A stretch of DNA of 64,000 nucleotides from Opitutaceae bacterium. GTDB lineage: Bacteria > Verrucomicrobiota > Verrucomicrobiia > Opitutales > Coraliomargaritaceae. The stretch is from the NCBI GenBank assembly GCA_051252375.1, contig JBPOFY010000004.1, positions 1 through 64,000 of the forward strand, in the 5' to 3' direction. Below are positions 31,101-40,982 of this stretch, in pieces (position 1 is the stretch's first letter; each line of letters begins with the position of its first letter). Made by a program: the position numbers and the translations under genes. The notes beneath the pieces are model-generated. The model saw nothing but the letters and a program-made list of their open reading frames with translations. It did not search any database and was not told the DNA's origin.

Positions 31101-32443
31101 ACGCCTCGGAGATCATTTTCCCTGATGCCCAACCACCCACCTCCTCCGGCGGTGACCAGCTCATCATCACGCCGGACGGACTTGCCGTTTCCACCGTCTC
31201 CCCGAAACCCTTCGCGCCAGAATCCATCGGTGGCGGAAAGGACGGAAAAACCACCTGGTCCTACCCGAATCTCTGGCCCGGTCTGCACGCCTCCCACGAA
31301 TGCCCGGTGGCCTCAGAGCCGGGTATGATACTTGGCACTACCCGACTGTTAGGAAACTTTTTCACCCCCGCATCTGGCGAGTCCGGCCCGCTCTTCGCGG
31401 TCAACGGCAACCAAGGCAACATCTACGTCTTCACCGCCGACGGTCTCTTCGTCGCCGAGCTTTTCCACGATGTCCGCACCGGGAAATCCTGGTCCATGCC
31501 CCGCGCCGAACGCGGCGCAAAACTCAACGAGCTCTCCCTCCACGATGAAAATTTCTGGCCTTCCATCACCACCAGCTCGGACGGAAAAATCTACCTAGTC
31601 GATGGTCAGCGCACCTCGCTCGTCCGCGTCGATGGGCTCGAAAGCATCCGCCGTATCGCTCCTTTCGAGCTGGAAGTCACCCCTGCTGACCTGGAGAAAT
31701 CCACCTCCTGGCTCCTCGCCCGCGAGGCCGCCCGCCGCGCCGAACTAGGCTCGGAAACCCTTGTAGTCCCGCTCCTCCACACCGCCCCAGATTGGCAAAA
31801 CGCCGACTGGGCCTCCATCGATAAGCGCGGCGTGAAAGCCTATTTTGACAGCAACTCCAAGCCCTACGACGTCACCGCCGCCCTTGCTCTCACCGGGGAT
31901 CGCCTCCACGCCGCTTTCCGCACTGGTGACAAGGATCTACTGAAAAACTCCACCGAGACCCTGAATGCGCCGTTCAAAAACGGAGGCTGTCTCGACCTCA
32001 TGCTTGCCACCAATCCCAACGCAGATCCGAACCGCAGGGATCCACTGCAAGGCGACCTCCGCCTCCTAGTCACCCTGAAGCCGAACGGCAAACCCCTCGC
32101 CCTCCTCTACCGCCCCGTCGTCCTAGGCACCAAGGAGCCCGTGCAATTTTCCTCCCCGTGGCGCACCATCTCCATCGATCGCGTCGATGACGTTTCCGAC
32201 CAGCTCGAATTCACCGCCGATGGCAAAGGCAACTTCCAGTTCAGCATCCCCAGCGCAACCCTGGGTCTCAAGATTACCAACCGAACCACCACCCTCATGG
32301 GCGATCTCGGTATCCTCCGCGGCAACGGTTTCCAAACCACCCAGCGCATCTACTGGAGCAACAAATCCACTGCCATCACCTCCGACGTGCCCTCCGAAGC
32401 CCAGCTCACCCCCAACCTATGGGGGAAATTCAGTTTCAGATAA
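28187..32443 (+). CDS. Large secreted multidomain protein (sandwich domains, FlgD-like Ig domain, NHL beta-propeller, C-terminal sugar-binding-like domain)
   Basis: Signal peptide; FTLPEAGRVTLIIED..GQRVRNL..AGEN..WWDGTDD (FlgD_ig-like); NPRGLAF, DPRALTLDRDGNIYISD, NPNGLAIDDAGNIWVTE (NHL). Confidence 0.85.
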   Translation: MKYYAALLFLLLSSLVSADALTSPLEQGNLDPAHFTEFSGGKEAPVNRKDGLEKIIWTSTTSTSWFGVSFGANNTPGTRHLRIACKNPIPTGTVLVRGGGTLSVLKSSATYPGDLADDSQWLTAERISGAELTSAEVGSEEYAAWILPPGTTTTALRFTHNAEPSDPKYEGHLGSAMVLAGRYANIAPQAIASASSQGEKANLINNSDNDSMWKTWRNGEQGAEQVVSSEHPEYLQLTWPEKISLHALATCWTGFSAADLQIYTGPDSRHPREAHEEDWKTLTSRDDLESSYPAELAPEWFPLEETNTRAVRLLITAPLKENHDHLRRQIKEGRGVWVGDVLALRNLGDAPLSSALPAKEEAANPPIPIKFTLPEAGRVTLIIEDSTGQRVRNLIADTPFPAGENTAWWDGTDDLGRDPEAARHGIYHIPQRFVVPGKYRVRGLWKKDIDLTYEFSVYNSGKPAWETADNTGGWMTNHTPPTSATFVPAEKSPDGKPRIYLGAYIAEGGHGLQWVKPDGTKIGGQGWIGGNWTGAPTLTTDLGNDAVAEDICYAASVWEGELRVSAKTANKDRTVIKQQLGEDKFKHGQRNHEGVPILHGFDGGERRYILAGIAAHNGIIAASLIRQNEILFISAKEGKILARAPYDNPRGLAFHPSGKLLVLSKNALTISTIQGLPGIPYLSEPTVLISKLEDPRALTLDRDGNIYISDRGQSHQVKIFTPAGKLAATLGKPGPPAAGPYDPLHINNPNGLAIDDAGNIWVTENDYQPKRVSVWHKSGSLLNAFYGPSEYGGGGTLDPSEKNRFYYRGMEFALNWENGTDQLIRVIYRPESTSGESHTNGFPEQPIVTADGQRFYTNSYNSNPTNGASVAMLWIEENGIARPCNAAGQVRAWPELASLLPKGENNQNSFIWNDLNADGKPSADELIVSKSNAAGVIFQPDLSITFARFDGAAVRFSKTGSTASKTPTYTLNASEIIFPDAQPPTSSGGDQLIITPDGLAVSTVSPKPFAPESIGGGKDGKTTWSYPNLWPGLHASHECPVASEPGMILGTTRLLGNFFTPASGESGPLFAVNGNQGNIYVFTADGLFVAELFHDVRTGKSWSMPRAERGAKLNELSLHDENFWPSITTSSDGKIYLVDGQRTSLVRVDGLESIRRIAPFELEVTPADLEKSTSWLLAREAARRAELGSETLVVPLLHTAPDWQNADWASIDKRGVKAYFDSNSKPYDVTAALALTGDRLHAAFRTGDKDLLKNSTETLNAPFKNGGCLDLMLATNPNADPNRRDPLQGDLRLLVTLKPNGKPLALLYRPVVLGTKEPVQFSSPWRTISIDRVDDVSDQLEFTADGKGNFQFSIPSATLGLKITNRTTTLMGDLGILRGNGFQTTQRIYWSNKSTAITSDVPSEAQLTPNLWGKFSFR

Positions 32444-32571
32444 ACAATCGGCACCGGTGATCAGCGAAACGACGCTCTCGATACACACATCAGCAGAATT
32501 CCACCCTTTAAGGCACTCCCCTACAGGCACTTTTCCTTGATATGTGAGCATCGGCGTGTTATTAGCGATAC

Positions 32572-33399
32572 ATGAATAACTCATTAGTGCGCCTAATCCC
32601 CTTGGTCAGCCTACTGACCTACCCCTCGCTCAGCCAAGCAGTCGATATTGATGCCACACAAGTCGGCCGCTATTATGCCGATGGCAGCGCTGACAATCTG
32701 GAGACCTTTCAAAATTACTACGTCGGCTTCTCCACGCTAGCGGCGCCCACAGAATCTCGCAACTTCTTCATTTTCGACCTGAGCACAGTGACCGCCCCAG
32801 TCACCGCCGCCTCGTTCACACTTGTGCTGCCCTTCGGTGGTTTAATCTTTGGGATCGAGGACTTTGGTGATGCGCCCTATGATGATCCGACCTTTCAGGT
32901 AGAGGACTTTATTATCTCGGGATTACCGAGCTTTGCATATTTTGGTCTGACCGACCCAGGGATCGATTCTGGCACCGCTATGACCTACTTCGACACCTTT
33001 GGCGATCCGGGCAGTGCGATCGGCGGCACCGGCTTTGATCCCAGTGATCCGCCGATCGTCCCGTTTGAAGGGCTTGAGGTTGAAATCGTACTGGGTGCGG
33101 CTGGTCTCGCATTGATCAACAGTAACCTTGGTGGCGAAATCGTCATCACCGGGCGCATGCTTGATGTCTCGCCCCTGTTTCCCGGCGATCCAGATGGTCC
33201 GGGAGGACCAGTGGACGGCGAAAAGTCCGAGTTGATGTTCGGCCTGTCCGATATTGTCGATTCAGGTGGCATGGAGACCGGCCTAATAAAGCCCTACCTA
33301 ACTCTGGTACCTGAACCGTCCGCTTATGGTCTCATTGGCGGTATCGCGGTCATGGGCTTTGTCCAACTGAGTCGCCGCCGTAGATCGCTCAACAGTTAA
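32572..33399 (+). CDS. PEP-CTERM protein
   Basis: Signal peptide; VPEPSAYGLIGGIAVMGFVQLSRRRRS. Confidence 0.92.
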   Translation: MNNSLVRLIPLVSLLTYPSLSQAVDIDATQVGRYYADGSADNLETFQNYYVGFSTLAAPTESRNFFIFDLSTVTAPVTAASFTLVLPFGGLIFGIEDFGDAPYDDPTFQVEDFIISGLPSFAYFGLTDPGIDSGTAMTYFDTFGDPGSAIGGTGFDPSDPPIVPFEGLEVEIVLGAAGLALINSNLGGEIVITGRMLDVSPLFPGDPDGPGGPVDGEKSELMFGLSDIVDSGGMETGLIKPYLTLVPEPSAYGLIGGIAVMGFVQLSRRRRSLNS

Positions 33400-33432
33400 A
33401 GTCACCACAGCCTAAAAGATAACATGTGAGGT

Positions 33433-34284
33433 CTAGTTCGCTCGCTCGGCGTGAATCTCTTCTATTCTTTTACCAAACACTGGGTAGCGGCTGATAATTC
33501 GGTCGAAACCTGATTTCCCCAGCACGAAGCAGGAGGTATCCGTCAAGGCGGTCACGGTGGCGGAGCGTGGATTTCGACTGAAGAGTGCGCCTTCGCCAAA
33601 ACATGCGCCCGGTCCTAGTTCTGTAATGCGACTGCCGCCCTTACTCACTTCGACAAAGCCGACTTCTACCAAAAAGAAGGAGGCATCGTCGTCGCCTTCC
33701 TGTATCAACACATCGCCTTTGGCATAGTTATTCGTCTCCAGATGTTGGGCAAGCTCACTCACCAAGTCACCACCTGCACCCGCGAGAAATGGAGCATTTT
33801 TCAACAAACCATGTTCGATCGAATTTTCAATCCTCTCTGTTTTCCTCTGCCTATGCAGTTCCCGCAAACGATAACGCACTTTCAAGTATTTCTCGGTCAG
33901 CTCTGTAAATGATTCACGCTTGAGTTGAAACAGAGTGACATCTCCCGCAGCAACGACGGTTGCCCCCCGCACCTCGTTTTCAATTAATGCGCCCTCCCCA
34001 AAGCACCCGCCAATACCAAGTTCCGCAATAAACACTCCCTCGCTACTGACACGAACGGATCCATCGGCGATGAGATAAAAGCTATCGCCCTGCTCACCCT
34101 CACTAAAGATCGTGTCCCCCTCGGAATACTTAACAGGCTCAATCGCAGTTACCATATCTGCAATTAGAGCAGGGTCCACGTCTTTTAGAAATGGGACCCT
34201 AGACAAGAGCACAGTCTCCAACTGCTCCTTAACTTTTTTTGTCTGCTTTGCTTGAAGCACCGACGACACAAATTTCTTAAGCAT
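33433..34284 (-). CDS. Stand-alone tandem cyclic-nucleotide-binding domain protein
   Basis: Two cNMP cassettes: IFSEGEQGDSFYLI..FGEGAL..RGATV and LIQEGD..SFFLV..FGEGAL..PRSATV; no output domain. Confidence 0.92.
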   Translation of the reverse strand: MLKKFVSSVLQAKQTKKVKEQLETVLLSRVPFLKDVDPALIADMVTAIEPVKYSEGDTIFSEGEQGDSFYLIADGSVRVSSEGVFIAELGIGGCFGEGALIENEVRGATVVAAGDVTLFQLKRESFTELTEKYLKVRYRLRELHRQRKTERIENSIEHGLLKNAPFLAGAGGDLVSELAQHLETNNYAKGDVLIQEGDDDASFFLVEVGFVEVSKGGSRITELGPGACFGEGALFSRNPRSATVTALTDTSCFVLGKSGFDRIISRYPVFGKRIEEIHAERAN

Positions 34285-34458
34285 AATAAATAATAATGAG
34301 GGTAAGAGGCAGAATGGTAGAAAGCTCTCCAATAGGGGTCAAATCCGAAGGGGTAAATAAGGCGTAAAACGAAGGCAGAGAAGGAATCTGCTATCCGTTC
34401 AGCCCATCCCAAACGATAATCCTTGATGGGCACAGCAATGCCAGTTCAACTGGGCTCC

Positions 34459-36285
34459 ATGAAACGGAAGACTGAAAAGCAAGTTCCTTTCGGCTTTCGT
34501 CAATTGTCATTACCCGCGATCGGACAGTCGTGGTGGTGGTCGTGTATACTGGTCTTCGTCGTTGGCGTCATCGCTCACCTCGGGGCTATCGGCGCCATCT
34601 TTTATCAGGATGATTTCGGCGTTTTGAAATTCAATTCGGTTCCGCGTTGGTCACTGACAGACTTTCGTTTCACCTCAAGTCTCACCTGGTGGGTCAACTA
34701 TCGGATGGCCGGGTTGAGCGCACCGGTATTTCATTTGACCAATATATTACTCCACTCGGTCGTCGCGGTGCTACTATATGTCATGGTGCGAGATTGGCTT
34801 GGGCGAGTTGCCAAGCTGCACGACCGACTAGCGGGCTATGGAGCCCTGATTGCTGCTTTACTGTTTGCAGTGCACCCACTCGGAACAGAAATCACCCATT
34901 ACATTCGAGCACGGGATACGCTACTAATGACTGGCTTGGGGCTCACTGCCGTCTATTGCCTAAGTCGATTCACTGGCAAGAATTGGCCCCAACTGTTATG
35001 GGCCGCGCTTTTCGCTATGCTTGGCTGCTACAGCAAGCCTACTGGCGTGCCGTGGGTACCTGTGTTAGCCTTGTGGACCGCTGGCTGCATCTGGAGTCCG
35101 GCGATCTGGCACCATTGCTTCAACTGGCGCCATTACGTTAGCAGGCGCCATATGGTGCTGGGCACTTTGGTTGTTCTGTTGGGTATCGTGCTCTTATTTC
35201 ACAACACCCTGAGCCCTGCCTTCAATGGGATCGGAAGGATGGTCACTACACAGGTCGAATCGGGGAGTGCCTGGGCAAATGCACTCACCCAGCTACGGTT
35301 AACTGGGTTGTTACTACAACAGCTCATCTGGCCTTCCGATTTGGTCAGTGATTGCTTCGGGGTCTATTCCACAAGGTTGGCCGACCCCGGAGTCTGGATG
35401 GGTATTGGTATTCTCGTTATGGCAACAGTCACTTGCGTATGGCTATGCGTATCCGGACGGCGCGTGCCGTTGTGGGCACTTGGCGTGCTCTTCGGCAGTC
35501 ACCTTTTGCACTGCTTCTATCCCGGGGGCGATTATCACGCGGAGTATCGGTCGTATCCATCGATCATCGGATTTTGTTTGATCATTGGTTGGGCTACAGC
35601 AGCACTCGCTCAAACTGTACCCAAGAAACGTTGGTTGGCTGACGGTGCTGTAGGACTGGCACTAGTGCTAGCAATCTACGCTTGCCATCAACGATCTGCG
35701 GACTGGTCCTCACTCGAAAAGCTTAGCGACGATACCCTCGAAACATATCCCTGGAACATGCGCGCCCATTATCATGGTATCCAGAGCGCGTATGAAAGAG
35801 GGAACGACCACGAGGTTGAGGAACGCGCTGAAAGAATGCGCAAGGAGATGCAAGCACTCGCGATAGCGAACAAAAGTCTTCCTCACGGGCGCCACTACAA
35901 TTGGTCGCACTCCGTGCTTTTTGTGGTCCACGCCGAGGGAACCGTCGCACGCTCGCTTGTCCGCATGGATCGAAGTCCAGATGCGATTGCGATCATGCAG
36001 CGCTTGGCTGCCAATCTCAATAGCCAGCCATTTGGCCAGCAACCAAAGTTCCAGACGACCTACAAAGTGTTTCTTGCTGTCGTGCTCGCGGACATGGGAT
36101 CCTATTCCGAAGCATGGCGCCTAGCTCGACCCTTCGCAGCATCAGCCTATGCCCAACGAAGACAAGCCATCGATCAACCCGGTACGATTGCTTGGTTAAC
36201 GCCCTGGTGGCTGATTCCGCTTCTGGATGAAGCAGCCGAGCAAGCCCAAGCAAATGGGCACCCCTTCACCTTCGACGAGAATTGA
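34459..36285 (+). CDS. TMTC-like GT-C membrane glycosyltransferase with TPR-like tail
   Basis: F..DD loop, FHLTNILLH, AALLFAVHPL.TE...YI.AR..LL, multiple TM helices, EYRSYP, W.S...L. Confidence 0.75.
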   Translation: MKRKTEKQVPFGFRQLSLPAIGQSWWWSCILVFVVGVIAHLGAIGAIFYQDDFGVLKFNSVPRWSLTDFRFTSSLTWWVNYRMAGLSAPVFHLTNILLHSVVAVLLYVMVRDWLGRVAKLHDRLAGYGALIAALLFAVHPLGTEITHYIRARDTLLMTGLGLTAVYCLSRFTGKNWPQLLWAALFAMLGCYSKPTGVPWVPVLALWTAGCIWSPAIWHHCFNWRHYVSRRHMVLGTLVVLLGIVLLFHNTLSPAFNGIGRMVTTQVESGSAWANALTQLRLTGLLLQQLIWPSDLVSDCFGVYSTRLADPGVWMGIGILVMATVTCVWLCVSGRRVPLWALGVLFGSHLLHCFYPGGDYHAEYRSYPSIIGFCLIIGWATAALAQTVPKKRWLADGAVGLALVLAIYACHQRSADWSSLEKLSDDTLETYPWNMRAHYHGIQSAYERGNDHEVEERAERMRKEMQALAIANKSLPHGRHYNWSHSVLFVVHAEGTVARSLVRMDRSPDAIAIMQRLAANLNSQPFGQQPKFQTTYKVFLAVVLADMGSYSEAWRLARPFAASAYAQRRQAIDQPGTIAWLTPWWLIPLLDEAAEQAQANGHPFTFDEN

Positions 36286-36588
36286 GCTTAGCGTTCACCC
36301 GTATTATCCTTTTCTACTTCTCACTTTTTACCAGAAGACCGCCAAGGGCCATTTACTGGTTCATTTCTTTAGTTCTGCGACCACTGAAATCTCCACGGGG
36401 AGTTCGGTTCAAAGCGCTATATAACTGATTAACTAATGCGCCTCACATCGCGAGTTTTCGCGATATACAGGATTCGTGAATATGGTATAATTTACTGATA
36501 ATGATATGATTAAGTATATTGTTTCACACTAACTCGTTTAGTTTCTACATCTATTAAATTCACTGACTACCTCATCAAGAAAAACTCC

Positions 36589-39500
36589 ATGCATCATATA
36601 AAACACACCTATTATTACGCAAGTGCCATTGCCGCTTGCTTGTTAGCAATACCTGCAGTCGACGCTCAGACCACCCGAACTTGGGACACGGTCAACGCGG
36701 CCGACACCGACTGGTCCGTCGCAACCAACTGGGTCGATGATACCGCTCCAGTAGCTGGTGATGACGTGGTCATCAATGGAGACGGCACGTTCGCTCCGAC
36801 CAACAATAGTGCATTCACAGCTGATACCTTCAATTCATTGACACTTGAAGGCGCCACCACGGTTACCCTCAGTTCTGCTCTCTCGATCGGAGCAGGCGGC
36901 GTGTTCAACAATATGGTAACCAACAGCCTGAACCTCAAGGCCGTGGACCTCACCACAGATTCAACCTGGGGCGGAACCCGCACCATCTTCGTCGGCGGTG
37001 CCGTCACCGGCTCGAAGATGATCTGGACCGGCAGCGGCCTTCGTTTTGACCAGAACAGCCCAGCGTGGGCCTCAGGTATCGACGCCTATGCTAATCTGGG
37101 AATGAATGACCTGTCGAGTGATGCAGGAACCACGATCACCCCCTACGGAACTGGCACGTTGACGCTCATCAATCAGTCTTTTGACACCTTGTCCAACGTG
37201 AATCTGGATCTGACTCTGGCGACTTCAGCCAACAATCTTGATCTGGCGACGGCGGTCACTCTTGCGAATGACATCACTCTGTCGGATCCCGGGATAGGGA
37301 ATTTTTCCATCAGCCAGAACAACGATTCATCAACCCTCCTCGGCGGACACTTCTTCCGCCTGACCGGCACGATTTCCGGCGCGGTGAATACTGCTCGCAC
37401 GCTTTCGTTCACCAACAGCAAGGGAGTGAACGCACCCGCAACCTTCATTCTTGAAGGTGCCAACACCCACACCGCGCAGACCGTGACATCCGATGACTAC
37501 GTCACCCTTGCCCTCGGCAACGTCGACGCCGTCCAGAATTCGACGCTCGACACCGGTGCGGCCGACGCCACCAAGCAGGTAACCTTCAGCGTGGCTGGAA
37601 CCAACACCTACAATCTTGGAGGTTTGGCAGGTGCCGACGACCTAGACTTCGGTGCCAACTCATTGAGTATTGGAAGCAACAACTCGGACGGAACTTTCTC
37701 GGGCGCTCTAAGCGGCTCTGGTGACATCACCAAGACGGGGACCGGCACAACCACCTTTTCTGGCACTAATATCTATACTGGCACAACCACAGTCAGCGAT
37801 GGCACCTTGGTCGCCACTACCCCAGCATCACTACCCGGCTACAACTCCCCAGCATCCGTGATCTTCGACGGGGGCACCATTGCCGTGCCAGTCGGCGCAG
37901 GCGGTTGGTTGGACGCAGATCTTAGCGACCTGCTGACCAATGCGACAAAGACCTCGGGCTTTATTGGGATTGATACAAGTCTAGGCGATTACACGCAGAC
38001 CTCAGCCTATAACTTCAGCCCTCTTGGTCTTGATGTCCTAGGCTCGAACAAGCTGACACTAGATCAAGCCAACACTTATACCGGTGGAACGACCTTCGCA
38101 GGTGCGTCTCTAATCGTTGCTGCCGAAGGCGCACTGGGAACAGGCGCGGTAGTGGGCGATACTGCTAGCGGTAACACCGTATTGACATTTAATACTCCTT
38201 CGGATGCGACTTTCGCCAATGATATCACTTCAGGTGCTAATGGCAGTGGTATTGTCAACGACAGCGCCACGTCTGCGATCACACTGAACGGAAACGTCGT
38301 GTTAAATAGAGCCACTACTTTCCAAGGTTTCCAAGGCACTGGCGTTAATAATGCTGGTTTTGTGATTGGCGGTAATGTCTCCTCGACAACACGACTTACC
38401 CTTAAAGACACCAACATGACTCTAGCTGCAACCGGCACATTGGGACCGACATTCTCGGCACGTGTGACCCTTGGAGATGTCGGCGGAGACGGCTCGGCAG
38501 TTTACGTCGCGGATGGTGCTGACTTCACACTGAGAATTCAGGATTCACAGAATACAACTATCTCTAATGATGCGATGACCTTCATCGTCGGTATGAACAC
38601 TGCAGGAACTGGGACTTTTAGTAGTTCTGATTCGGTTAATTTGTTAGCAAACGGAAGCAGTGTCGCCAATGACTGGGAGTTCACAGCAGTTACCGGAGCG
38701 ACAGTAAACTTCACCGGTAAAATCATTAGCAATAATGGTAATGCTAATGCGGCTGACGTAACAGTCACCAAGACTGGAGATGGCACCGTGGTTTTCGCCA
38801 ACACCAACACCTATCTTGGCGACACAACTATCAGCGCGGGCACTCTGCAAATTGGTAACGGTGGCGGCACCGGCTCACTCAGCCCAGACAGTACCATCAC
38901 TAATGATGGCGCCCTCATCTTCAACAATACCTCCGGTCTGGTTCAAGGCACTGATTTCAGCACCGCCCCAATTACAGGCAGCGGCTCACTCAGCATCGTA
39001 GGCGGCAACGTCACACTGAATGCGGTCAACACCTACTCGGGCGGCACTACAATTGACGGCGGCACACTCACAGTGGGGGCTGCAGCCGCGGTTCCTGCAG
39101 GAGCTATAACCGGCATCAACGCTTCGGTCGTAGCCTTTGACACACCAGCAAACGTAACCTTTAGCGACGACCTCACGCTCGCGACCGCAAGCAATACTGG
39201 CCTTGTCAATAACAGCACGACCTCAACAGTGACACTTGAAGGAACCGTGGAACTCACTGCTCCCTTCGCAGCCATCGTTGGCACAGGCGTCAACAACGCA
39301 GGCTTCGTGCTTGGCAATGGCGGCGTCTTGAAAGCCGGCGCAGCGAGTCGGATGGGACTGAAAGATACCAGCCTGACATTTCAGGTCGGTGGCGCAGTCG
39401 ACTATAGCGGCACTGGGTTCAAGCGCATAACACTTGCCGATTCGACAGGAACAGGTGCCGCAGTCTATCTGGAAGACACCGTTGACCTAGATATGGTGAT

Positions 39501-40410
39501 CTATGATACCAACAATAGCAACGTCACCTCGGACACGATGGAATTCATTGTCGGAATGAAGTCAGCCGGCACCGCCACCTTCAGCGGACTGAGTGGTGTA
39601 TCGGTGGATCTGAACCATCGAAACAATGTAGGCAGTCTCGCCAATGAGTGGGAGTTCACCGCTGTCGCTGGGGCGACTGCTAACTTCACAGGCAGCATCG
39701 CTAATGCGAACACCAACAGCCAAGCCTCGATCAACAAGACTGGCGACGGAACCGTCAGCTTCCAAGCTAGCAACTCCTACACAGGTGACACCACGGTTAC
39801 AGCTGGCACTCTGCAACTCGCAAGCGGCGGTATTCTCACCTTCGCGCCGACTGCTAATGGTGTGAACAACCAGATTGACGGCACAGCCAGCGGAACGCTC
39901 GATCTCGATGGTGAAATCTTCATCGATCTCAGCCTTGCCGACACCACTGACCTCAACAGCTGGTTGCTCATTGATGGCAGCGCGATGACCGTAGCCTACG
40001 ACGCCGCCACCTTCACCGTGAATAGCTCGGCAGGCGCGTTGACCGAAAACACTCCTGGTGTCTGGACACTGGTCGATGGTAGCAATACCTGGACCTTCAC
40101 TGAATCTACTGGCACTCTTAGCCTCGCCAATGCCGGTCCTGCCGGTCCAACTGATGAAGAGATCAGCTCTGACGAGTTTGTCTCGAATTACAGCTTCGAC
40201 GGCACGACCGCGTCATTCAGCTTCCAGGTCTTCGCAGGATCGACCTACGAAATTCGTCGCACAGATGACCTGACAGTTGATCTTGCGAGCTGGACGACTG
40301 TCTACGGCCCAACGGCTCAGGTTGGAGATGCCACGATCACACCAAGCGACGTTCCAGGTGCTCTTCTGGATGAGGCGTTCTACGTCCTGATCATTACGGA
40401 CACTCCGTAA
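36589..40410 (+). CDS. Large secreted autotransporter-associated beta-strand repeat (PATR) protein, no beta-barrel, with C-terminal putative sorting domain
   Basis: Signal peptide; repeated TKTG.GT..F...NTY.G.TT...GTL; internal ~260-aa duplication (38071-38850 vs 39028-39816). Confidence 0.9.
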   Translation: MHHIKHTYYYASAIAACLLAIPAVDAQTTRTWDTVNAADTDWSVATNWVDDTAPVAGDDVVINGDGTFAPTNNSAFTADTFNSLTLEGATTVTLSSALSIGAGGVFNNMVTNSLNLKAVDLTTDSTWGGTRTIFVGGAVTGSKMIWTGSGLRFDQNSPAWASGIDAYANLGMNDLSSDAGTTITPYGTGTLTLINQSFDTLSNVNLDLTLATSANNLDLATAVTLANDITLSDPGIGNFSISQNNDSSTLLGGHFFRLTGTISGAVNTARTLSFTNSKGVNAPATFILEGANTHTAQTVTSDDYVTLALGNVDAVQNSTLDTGAADATKQVTFSVAGTNTYNLGGLAGADDLDFGANSLSIGSNNSDGTFSGALSGSGDITKTGTGTTTFSGTNIYTGTTTVSDGTLVATTPASLPGYNSPASVIFDGGTIAVPVGAGGWLDADLSDLLTNATKTSGFIGIDTSLGDYTQTSAYNFSPLGLDVLGSNKLTLDQANTYTGGTTFAGASLIVAAEGALGTGAVVGDTASGNTVLTFNTPSDATFANDITSGANGSGIVNDSATSAITLNGNVVLNRATTFQGFQGTGVNNAGFVIGGNVSSTTRLTLKDTNMTLAATGTLGPTFSARVTLGDVGGDGSAVYVADGADFTLRIQDSQNTTISNDAMTFIVGMNTAGTGTFSSSDSVNLLANGSSVANDWEFTAVTGATVNFTGKIISNNGNANAADVTVTKTGDGTVVFANTNTYLGDTTISAGTLQIGNGGGTGSLSPDSTITNDGALIFNNTSGLVQGTDFSTAPITGSGSLSIVGGNVTLNAVNTYSGGTTIDGGTLTVGAAAAVPAGAITGINASVVAFDTPANVTFSDDLTLATASNTGLVNNSTTSTVTLEGTVELTAPFAAIVGTGVNNAGFVLGNGGVLKAGAASRMGLKDTSLTFQVGGAVDYSGTGFKRITLADSTGTGAAVYLEDTVDLDMVIYDTNNSNVTSDTMEFIVGMKSAGTATFSGLSGVSVDLNHRNNVGSLANEWEFTAVAGATANFTGSIANANTNSQASINKTGDGTVSFQASNSYTGDTTVTAGTLQLASGGILTFAPTANGVNNQIDGTASGTLDLDGEIFIDLSLADTTDLNSWLLIDGSAMTVAYDAATFTVNSSAGALTENTPGVWTLVDGSNTWTFTESTGTLSLANAGPAGPTDEEISSDEFVSNYSFDGTTASFSFQVFAGSTYEIRRTDDLTVDLASWTTVYGPTAQVGDATITPSDVPGALLDEAFYVLIITDTP

Positions 40411-40470
40411 GTAGTTTCTAGGACTCAACCAATCTCAAAGCCCGTCTCCAGTTGGAGGCGGGCTTTTTCG
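40138..40470. repeat. ~330-bp segment (C-terminal domain + trailer + terminator) repeated in inverted orientation at 44917-45247
   Basis: Codon-by-codon near identity from ggtccaactgatgaagagatcagctct through the terminator. Confidence 0.92.
40437..40468 (+). terminator. Rho-independent terminator
   Basis: aaagcccgtctcc-agtt-ggaggcgggcttttt. Confidence 0.88.
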
Positions 40471-40498
40471 TTGTAGGGATCTCCTATTAACCGGTCAC

Positions 40499-40849
40499 TT
40501 ACTTCAGCGCAGCGACCACTGAGATCTCCACAAGGAGCTCCGGGCGTGCCATGCGCGCTTCAACGCAAGCGCGTGCGGGCGCATGACCTTCGGGCACCCA
40601 TGCGTCCCAGACTGCGTTCATGGCTGCGAAATCTTTCATGTCCCGCACGTAAATAGTTGCAGAGAGCATGTGCTCACGGTCGGACCCTGCTTGAAGCAGA
40701 AGTGCATCCACTTTCTTGAGCATGGTCTCGGTCTGTTCAATGATACCTTGCGTGGCGTCCGCGCAAACCTGCCCACACAAATAGACAGTGTCATTGTGAA
40801 TGACGATTCGGCTCATACGCTGCTTTGTTTCTTGTCGCTCAATGCTCAT
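40499..40849 (-). CDS. RidA family protein (YoaB-like)
   Basis: [49 protein letters not shown]. Confidence 0.93.
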   Translation of the reverse strand: MSIERQETKQRMSRIVIHNDTVYLCGQVCADATQGIIEQTETMLKKVDALLLQAGSDREHMLSATIYVRDMKDFAAMNAVWDAWVPEGHAPARACVEARMARPELLVEISVVAALK

Positions 40850-40982
40850 GCCGTGGAGTGAACCAGATTTGAAAATATAAAAAAGACCAAATCACAGATA
40901 GAACCTGATTTGTGCTTATCAGGAGGAGCCTAGAAGGCAGCCAACGTTGACATACTAATAATTGCGCCAATAGAAATAGGGT

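Noticed and set aside
28195..32540. Many long overlapping or antisense ORFs within the large GC-rich gene (similarly within purL and the PATR genes)
   Set aside because: Shadow ORFs expected from codon bias; no recognisable motifs.
36497..36515. Fur-box-like gataatgatatgatt upstream of the PATR gene
   Set aside because: Only the first half matches the consensus, and the region is AT-rich.
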